Shown here in pieces: positions 57,358 through 64,000 of a stretch of DNA of 64,000 bases; position 1 is the first letter of the stretch, and each line of letters opens with the position of its first letter. The stretch covers positions 32,001-96,000 of the forward strand of contig CAVPXM010000038.1 of the NCBI GenBank assembly GCA_963709405.1, given 5' to 3'. Made by a program: the position numbers and the translations under genes. Below the pieces are notes generated by a model that searched no databases, had not been told where the DNA came from, and was given only the letters and a program-made list of their open reading frames with translations. The DNA comes from an uncultured Nitrososphaerales archaeon (GTDB lineage: Archaea; Thermoproteota; Nitrososphaeria; Nitrososphaerales; Nitrososphaeraceae).

Positions 57358-57897
57358 TTAAGAAGGGGAGCCATCCCTATCAACGACCATATGTGACCAC
57401 TGTCCCTTATTGATAGGCTCGGGAGATGGACTCTTCGCATTAGTTGGTGTTTTTCCTTCAATTACATTTGGTGTTTCTTCGTATGCGAAGTCTTCTAGGC
57501 GCTTCAATGTATTAAATACGGAGTCATAAAATCCCTTGTGGAATTGACTCCCTAATTTACAATATGGATGTCCTCCAATCAAATTATGATTGGGATTATG
57601 ACAATCACCATATAGAATTTTCTTCTTGAGATCAACAGTCAGCCAAGAAAGACACATTAATCCCAAGATCCAAAAGAAAGGCTCAAAATGGAACTTTACG
57701 TATATCGTTGGATTATACGGATCACATTTGTCTTGCTTCTGTTGTCCTACATATTCTTCGACCTTATCTTGTATCTTTGAGAATATTATATTCATGAATT
57801 CCTTATCCAGGGTTGGTCTGCTACCTATTAATTCTTGGATTGAGTTGTAGAATGATTCGACATCTATGTCTTTCGTCAGCCATTTTGTATCACTCAT
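57358..57897 (-). CDS. Hypothetical protein
   Basis: Likely start MSDTKWLTKD; 'CHNPNH...HPYC' cluster. Confidence 0.55.
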   Translation of the reverse strand: MSDTKWLTKDIDVESFYNSIQELIGSRPTLDKEFMNIIFSKIQDKVEEYVGQQKQDKCDPYNPTIYVKFHFEPFFWILGLMCLSWLTVDLKKKILYGDCHNPNHNLIGGHPYCKLGSQFHKGFYDSVFNTLKRLEDFAYEETPNVIEGKTPTNAKSPSPEPINKGQWSHMVVDRDGSPS

Positions 57898-58577
57898 TTT
57901 ACAATGAACTATAAAACAGCCCACATAGATAAACTTACTATTGCCGTTTAAATAAATAGTGACTAGGAGTCGACCCTCAGTAAAAGCAAGAGATGAGAAT
58001 TGTACCTCCAATCATTTGCTTATTACGACTTAACCATGCAATACGAAGATGGGTTGACGATTTAATAGTGTAATATTAGAGTCATGATATCAATCAGTTA
58101 TTTCAAAATTTGGTGAGGTTAGAGTTAATTCACGATCGGTATTATCATATGGTTATTAATGATCAGCATACTATTGGACATTGTTTCATTCAAATATTTA
58201 ACATATCGTCTACTGCTAAAACTAGATACTATTATTCCTGCTCAAACTTATCCAGTGTGTGTTGTTTCGCCTGGTAGCTGAAATTGCATCATTAACCTGT
58301 TCCTCATCAACTATAGTCACTATAGGCTTCTATTAGAATACTCCATCTTTTTGCTCGCAGATTCCCTACCATAAGTCATGGTATATTTTCACACTATCCA
58401 ATTCCTTTAGGCTGGAAATAGGTAACCTGCAAACTCAAGTCTTCTAATACCGATAGTACAGGTGAAGCTCATTCTGATGAAACAAATGCTTCAAGTCTAT
58501 TTCATAGCATAGAATATTGATATACTTTTTGGGCTTGTATTATACAAGGGCATAATAACTAAGGATATTGATCACAG

Positions 58578-59253
58578 GACTCAGTAAAGTTGAGATATCA
58601 ACTCCTTGTTATGATGACAAACAAATAGATCCAGCCATTTCTGTATGTATGTGTTGCAATTTACATTTATTTATTCTACAATGAAAATAATTACCGAAAC
58701 TTTCCGTTCTATCTTTGATATATCGTTCCCTCTCTTTCGATTATGCTTTTCTCAAAGCAGAATGAAGATGGTGTTTTATTTTTAAGAATTTACAGGCCTG
58801 TGCTTGATACCATGTACCCCCTCTGTCAAAAACAGGATGTTCTACATATCTTTTCACAAGGTTTAATATAAAACGTTCTGCAACAAACATGTTTCTCTCT
58901 TTCTTTGGATATGCTTATATGAAGGATTTCTCGGTTATCGTTTTCAATGGCTATCCATAACCAGATATATTCGGAACCAACTTTAATGATAGTTTCATCA
59001 ATTATAAATTCGGTAATACGTAACTTTTTAGAATCTAATATCTCTATATTTTTGAATCCAGTCTCTTATTGCAGTATGGTTTCATTTAATAAATCTGGAC
59101 ACAGCTTTGGAAGTATTTCTTAATGAAAGACCAAGGAAATACAGATACAGAGAATATGCTATATCCTCAGGTTCTGTTCTCTTTCTTATTTGACACATCA
59201 TAACCTATATCGGAGTCATAAAGCTATAGATTTTTCCTTAACTTTACAGAGCC
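58578..59253 (-). mobile_element. IS6-family element, decayed
   Basis: Right TIR perfect, left TIR degenerate (gactcagtaaagttgag); TSD GATCACAG / GATTACAG. Confidence 0.88.
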
Positions 59254-59683
59254 GATTACAGATATTTCGTGAGGGATCAATCTAATTATGGTTGTCATGA
59301 GCCAAGTCTACTTTAAGAAATTAAAACCGATAGTGGGCTCAATTATTGAGTATATGGAGTCAATTATCAACTGATTCTGACCATTGACAATCTTATTTAT
59401 TAATCTGAATTATTGAGGAAAATGATAATATTGCAGAAAATATTCGTAACACAAAACGTGTTTATTGTATCCAGATAGATTCGAACCTCGTGAAGATTTA
59501 TATGACAAGGTTAGAGGATACGCAATATTAATAAATCTGTCCATAAAAATGCCCTTTCTATAGATAATCTAATCTAAACTAGCGATGGTGGCTAATCATG
59601 ACAGTTTTACGAAAATAATAAAATAACGAACTTTATCCGCAGGTCACAAAGGCTCGTAAATGGACAATGCCTATATCCACCCT

Positions 59684-60121
59684 TCACCGTAAAATTGAGT
59701 CCCTGAAAAGCATTTGCTTATTTATTTTTTTTGGACACTCATCTTCAATTAGCATTCCTGCTAAGTTACGGCTTCTTGGGATCCAAGCAAATGATGGTTT
59801 AGATTCTAAGTTATCTATAATATTTAGAACTTGAATTGTAAGCATTCTTATTACACTTCCCTTCCGCATTCGTACCCTTCCTACGATAAAATCAACTATA
59901 CTCTCAGAATCTGTATAGATTATCGTCTGTTTAGAATTTCGGATAGTGTCATTGTTCAATGCTTCTATGATAGCCATAAACTCCGCTTCCATCGAATTAA
60001 GATTAAACCTGCTACGCATGAATCTCTCCTCATTTGTCTCCAAGATATAATACCCATAGATATTGTGAGGGTCTCCAGATGCATCAGTATATACAGTAAT
60101 CATTTCTTTAAGTTGCCTCAC
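59684..60121 (-). CDS. RNase HI-like protein
   Basis: 'VYTDAS', 'SMEAEFMAIIEAL', 'IYTDSESIV', 'WIPRSRNLAG'. Confidence 0.85.
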   Translation of the reverse strand: MRQLKEMITVYTDASGDPHNIYGYYILETNEERFMRSRFNLNSMEAEFMAIIEALNNDTIRNSKQTIIYTDSESIVDFIVGRVRMRKGSVIRMLTIQVLNIIDNLESKPSFAWIPRSRNLAGMLIEDECPKKINKQMLFRDSILR

Positions 60122-60514
60122 TCATATCTAGTTGTGCACTAACTATTGCCACAACATTCACTCTTTTCAAGTTATGCTATATATTCCTCCTATAAATTGT
60201 ATATCGGTATTAATCAGAAGGATTCTCAGGGGCTCCATTTTGATTTTAGAGAACAATATGCTAAGTTGAGATGAGAATGTGTCATTAGATACCATAAGTA
60301 AGTTTTGAGAAATGTGTAGCAGATTTTATTTATCAAGTTGAAATGACATAGTCAGATTTAACAATAGAGTAACGGATCAGATTGAACTTGCAGTAATGGG
60401 TTCTTCTTCATCATAACCAGATTTCGATATAATGATTATTATAAAATGTAATACTTATCAGAGAGTGGGAGGCTGATTAAGTCCGTAAAGTCCGTGTGTA
60501 TATAACTACAGTTA

Positions 60515-60727
60515 TTACTCCTTCTTGTGACTTGCACATTCTACACAATAAATTATTCTATCTGAACTACTATCGCCTCTTACTTGATAACCAATAACTT
60601 TACGACATTCATAACATTGCAACGTTATTGTACACGATTTATGATACATCTTCCCATCGGTAATAATAGTAGGCTGTAATTCATTGATAGGCAGTCCACA
60701 TTTATAACAACGATTGTATTCTTGCAT
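60515..60727 (-). CDS. Small Cys-rich zinc-finger protein
   Basis: CxxC...HxxC...CxxC...CxxC. Confidence 0.65.
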   Translation of the reverse strand: MQEYNRCYKCGLPINELQPTIITDGKMYHKSCTITLQCYECRKVIGYQVRGDSSSDRIIYCVECASHKKE

Positions 60728-61156
60728 ATCTATTATAGAATGATATTATTCTTAAACATGTATGGCAGGTAACTTCATCGGCAACTCAACTTTAGAGAAA
60801 TAACAATCAGCGTTGTGAAAATATGTTGAGTACCGTTTTCATGTAGAGCGCACTTTCAGGCCGGGTTATAGGAATATCTACTGCTCTTTTGGGTATAGGA
60901 GGGTCTATTCTACAATAAATTCGCTGAAAGTAAATTACATGATTGCTTTTTTTGTTAATGTGATCTCGGCATAAGATGAAACATCAATGCTGACCGCATT
61001 TCAGTCTGAGTGAGCCATCTTTAACGAAAGCCAACCGGGAATCAAATAAAGTGAATGGCAGCGTAACCTATATTTTTAAATTGGATCACTATGAGTTGGG
61101 TTTGTGTTTATTATAAAAAGTTATAGAAAAACAACCAAATCACGATTTTTCTAGCT

Positions 61157-62756
61157 TTGAGTTCCTTGGCTGCCTTGGCCTTCATGAGCATCGCATTGTG
61201 GGGTCAAGTGAACGCTACCGCTAACAGTAGTAGTCCTAGTAGTCGTTGCGTCAATAGACTGCCTGGCAATCATACAATGGCGCTACAAGAGGCAAAGTGC
61301 GCCGCGGCAGAAAAGAATCCACCATGGTATCCTACTGTCAATCCAGCCGAACTTCACGACAGCTATAGGACACACGTATATCCTTGCGGAGTTCGGAGGG
61401 TCATTTACAGGTCCCAACCAGGTATTTGCTTACGCATCCCCTTTACAGTACTATAGTCCAATCTTTGGGGTGACCGGTGGAGTAAACGAACTGTATGTCC
61501 TCGGTGGATCATGGGGCAGTGCTATTCCGAAGCCTTCCGGACAATTCGTAGCCAAACTCAATGTAGGAGATCTAACGCAGCTCTGGCGAACAGATCTCGC
61601 CAACTTGAACGCCACCACATCTCCGACTGGTGTGTGGAACTATATTGGGGGCCTCAATGTGCTTGCAGATGGCAGCCTCGCAGTCGTCGCCGGCAGCAAC
61701 TTGTACAAGCTGAATGGCACTACGGGAGCTGTCGAGGCAGAACTTGCCTTGCCAACAGGCCCAAGCCTACCATATAACACAGACTTTAACGGTATGGCAG
61801 CTTGGCCCGACGGTACCCTCGTCTTAAAAACCCAGACAAGAGCACCAGGATGCTCATACGATGCAGGTCTTCCCTTTGCTATACCCTGCCCGGGCCAAAG
61901 TAACTCTCCTAATTCGGTCATGGACATAGTCGATTCAAAGACGTGGAAAGTACTTGACTCGATTCAGCTCAAGGGAGATGTTGCATCCCGCGTAGCAGCC
62001 ACGGTGTACCATGGCAAGGATTACGCGTACATCGGCAACTCGTCAAATCTTTTCCGCTACATTTGGGATGGCAAGAAGCTCACACTTGATAATAGCTGGC
62101 TGCCAGCGAAGATTACAAAGCCAGGTCAGACTAACCTTTTAGCAAATATGATCGCCGGTGACTGGGTTTTCGACTTTACCAACTGCTGTCCACCTACCAC
62201 AACACCGCTAAGCGTCGTGGCTGTCTCACAGGCCAACGCTAGCAAGATGACTCGGATTGACTCGATTCCCCTTTCCCCTGGGCAGCAGAGCTACATACCT
62301 TCCAATTCAGCCGTTGACCCGGATAACCACATGATGTACGTGATGGACGGTGGCGCTGGCAAGATCGTGGGCCTCAAATACAACCCGGTGACTGGCAACA
62401 TGTCAGTCGCATGGAGGACTAACCAGAGTACATTAGCGTTCTTGTCGCTGATAGGTCCTGCTAACCACCGAGTGCTAGTAGGCACTAACATGCATCCCGG
62501 TACGACCACCTCCCAAATGACTAATAATCCTCATCCCAGCTACACTGAACAAGTACAGTGGAGAGACGCCGCCACAGGCAAGTTACTTGCGGCCTCAGAC
62601 TACTTTAGTGGCATGTCTGCCGGAGCTCCCCCAGCTCCAGGCTTTGGTGGCCTCCTCTATTACATGACTTTTAACGGTCACATCATGGCCTTGCAAGTCT
62701 TGCCGAAGCCCGCAAGTTCGAATTCGACATCAACTACAACTGCGCCTGGTGGTTGA
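61157..62756 (+). pseudogene. Secreted beta-propeller-like protein, high GC, one frameshift near 61385
   Basis: Signal peptide in 61157-61456; beta-rich W/G/D repeats in 61470-62756. Confidence 0.65.
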
Positions 62757-63366
62757 TAGATAGATAATCCATAGCATTCTTACATATTCCCTCTGGTATC
62801 ACCCAGCCAGCCAGACAGAGAGACAGACAGACAATCGTTACTGTTACGCCAAATGGCTGATATGAGTCTTAGAGTGTATGCTTACCTTCTTTTTTTCTTT
62901 CTCTTACGTTTATGACCACACAATTTTTCTGTTTCAATTTCATATCTAGATTAGCAGAACCTTTTTGATGAATACGTTCATTATAATTTAGGACTAAATA
63001 TCATTCAATCCATTCTATATGATTATAGTAGACTATAAGAATATGCAGATAAGGGATCAATTTGGACATATTTGGGCAGTTTCAGCTCATGAAAAATGTA
63101 TGACCAGAATAGAAATTGGAAAGGCTGCTAAAGAAGCTTTTAAAAATAACTCTATTATTCGTTAATTTAAGACAATCAGTAAACTTTCCTTACTTCTAGC
63201 ATAAGCAACTCATACAAAGTTTCATCTTTTCACGTAATCCTTTGCATCAATCATCCTGACTTGGTGGGAAAGGATTCGCAAGCACAGATTTAGGGAGTCC
63301 TCAACACACAGGAAAAGGAAAAGTTAGAATTTGGTTGTGTTATATCCTATACTGGGAAGAGATGAT

Positions 63367-64000
63367 ATGTGTCCTTTTAAGAGTAACTCTCATTGGGATA
63401 TAGAAGAAAGTTTCGATTTTACCTTGAATCACTTCCAAGAACCTATCTTCCCAAGAAAAATTATGACAAAAGATCTAGGCTATCAAATAGAGGTATTCAA
63501 TAAACAGGAAGCATTAGGTTATTATAAAAATTCAAAATATGAAGACTGCAGGATAAATGCTTATCCTTCTTTTACCCAATATGAGGGGATTAACAGAACA
63601 CCAATAAGTTTTCTGATGGTCGATTTAGATTTGAAGCACTTTTTTACAAAAGAAAAACTACTGGAAAAGGCACTAAACAAAACATTGGAGAAGATTAGAA
63701 AAGAAAGCATTGGTGGAAATCCAACAGTGCTGTGGACAGGTAATGGCTATCACATATACCAACCAGTCAGCGGATTTCTCCTAGAAGAATACGAAACATT
63801 CTATGAATTCACAAAGTATCTAGATAAAGATTTGACTAGCCTATTCATTCAATTTGCCGAGGAATATTTTACAGATCATACTGCGGATCGTCTCCACCAT
63901 CCAACTGTAAAGTCATGCTTGTTAAGAATTCCAGGAAGTCTAAACTCAAAGTGTATCAGCAAAGAACAAGATGCAGAGATTAAAATAATACAAAAATGGG
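63367..64000 (+). CDS. AEP primase family paralogue, running off the window end
   Basis: 'HFQEPIFPR', 'DCRINAYP', 'MVDLD', 'WTGNGYHIY', 'LLRIPGSLNSKC'; frame open to 64000. Confidence 0.88.
   Translation, partial: MCPFKSNSHWDIEESFDFTLNHFQEPIFPRKIMTKDLGYQIEVFNKQEALGYYKNSKYEDCRINAYPSFTQYEGINRTPISFLMVDLDLKHFFTKEKLLEKALNKTLEKIRKESIGGNPTVLWTGNGYHIYQPVSGFLLEEYETFYEFTKYLDKDLTSLFIQFAEEYFTDHTADRLHHPTVKSCLLRIPGSLNSKCISKEQDAEIKIIQKW

Noticed and set aside
53707-59253. Composite transposon bounded by IS6 copies
   Set aside because: Each copy has its own TSD, so they inserted independently
59470-59495. tRNA-like T-loop (GGTTCGAATC on minus strand); similar hints near 19475 and 27560
   Set aside because: No proper T-stem pairing or cloverleaf

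Overview
AT-rich archaeal chromosome segment; gene content (rpl15e, tgtA, Lsm, AK6-type kinase, solo Cas4-like gene, DUF6659-like sensor, PduO, conserved small hypotheticals) points to a soil ammonia-oxidising archaeon (Nitrososphaeraceae-like). Housekeeping blocks are interleaved with low coding-density accessory DNA containing pseudogenes and insertion sequences: two IS481 copies, both flanked by the same ATTAGT duplication, three decayed IS6 copies plus a fragment, and an IS5 remnant. The most notable structure is a ~5.4 kb integrase-linked element (21146-26561). It has a translationally coupled operon encoding a stand-alone Spo11/Topo VI-A-like (Mini-A-like) protein and an MCM-like AAA+ ATPase. 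The operon is led by an AbrB-like gene and faces a divergent wHTH regulator across a 64-bp spacer holding two 21-bp palindromes around one AT-rich TATA-like core. Also present: three paralogues of an AEP primase family, a ParB-methyltransferase fusion with an internal deletion, a RelA/SpoT-family gene with one in-frame TGA, and a (CTA)28 microsatellite inside a nucleotide-sugar dehydrogenase gene. Many single-base frameshifts, some in housekeeping genes, suggest part of the apparent decay may be assembly error. No tRNA, rRNA or CRISPR array was seen. All protein calls are from motif recognition by eye, not database searches.
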